Source of the DNA: a virus | IMG/VR virus record: IMGVR_UViG_3300024339_000005 | Reading direction: 5' to 3' (one strand) | Length of the DNA stretch: 64,000 bases | Made by a program: the position numbers and the translations under genes | Shown here: piece after piece, positions 63,963-64,000 of the stretch | How the letters are laid out: every line of letters starts with the position of its first letter | Numbering within the stretch: position 1 is the stretch's first letter | Notes under the pieces: model-generated | Seen by the model: the letters and a program-made list of their open reading frames with translations, nothing else | Told to the model about the DNA's origin: nothing | The model's database searches: none

Positions 63963-64000
63963 CACACTGAATCGAATTTGTACAAATTCGATTCAGTGTG
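63963..64000. repeat. perfect palindrome of at least 38 bp, running off the window end
   Basis: CACACTGAATCGAATTTGT|ACAAATTCGATTCAGTGTG. Confidence 0.95.

Overview
This window comes from a large T4-like (myovirus-type) phage genome, almost entirely coded on the minus strand. Positions 277-9567 hold a tRNA array of about 32 tRNA or tRNA-like genes covering all 20 amino acids, several of them non-canonical. The array is interleaved with homing endonucleases, IscA and unexplained structured ncRNAs, including a YrlA-like permuted tRNA. Upstream of it (10416-10655) lie a late promoter, a 37-codon leader ORF containing all 20 amino acids in 32 different codons, and overlapping antiterminator/terminator hairpins. 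This looks like a general tRNA-sensing attenuator and is the top finding. The rest of the window holds a glycan-tailoring cluster, nucleotide metabolism genes (NrdJ, ThyX, dUTPase, dNMP kinase), spanins, late capsid-targeted internal proteins, two nuclease/DNA-modification pairs, the T4 replication core (gp61, gp41, UvsX, gp43, RegA, gp62, gp44, gp45), Hsp20 with a ROSE-like thermometer, CobS/CobT, a TAGT-type glycosylation module and peptide deformylase. Most sigma70-type promoters carry GATC in the -10 box. All calls were made by eye from motifs; no database search was run.
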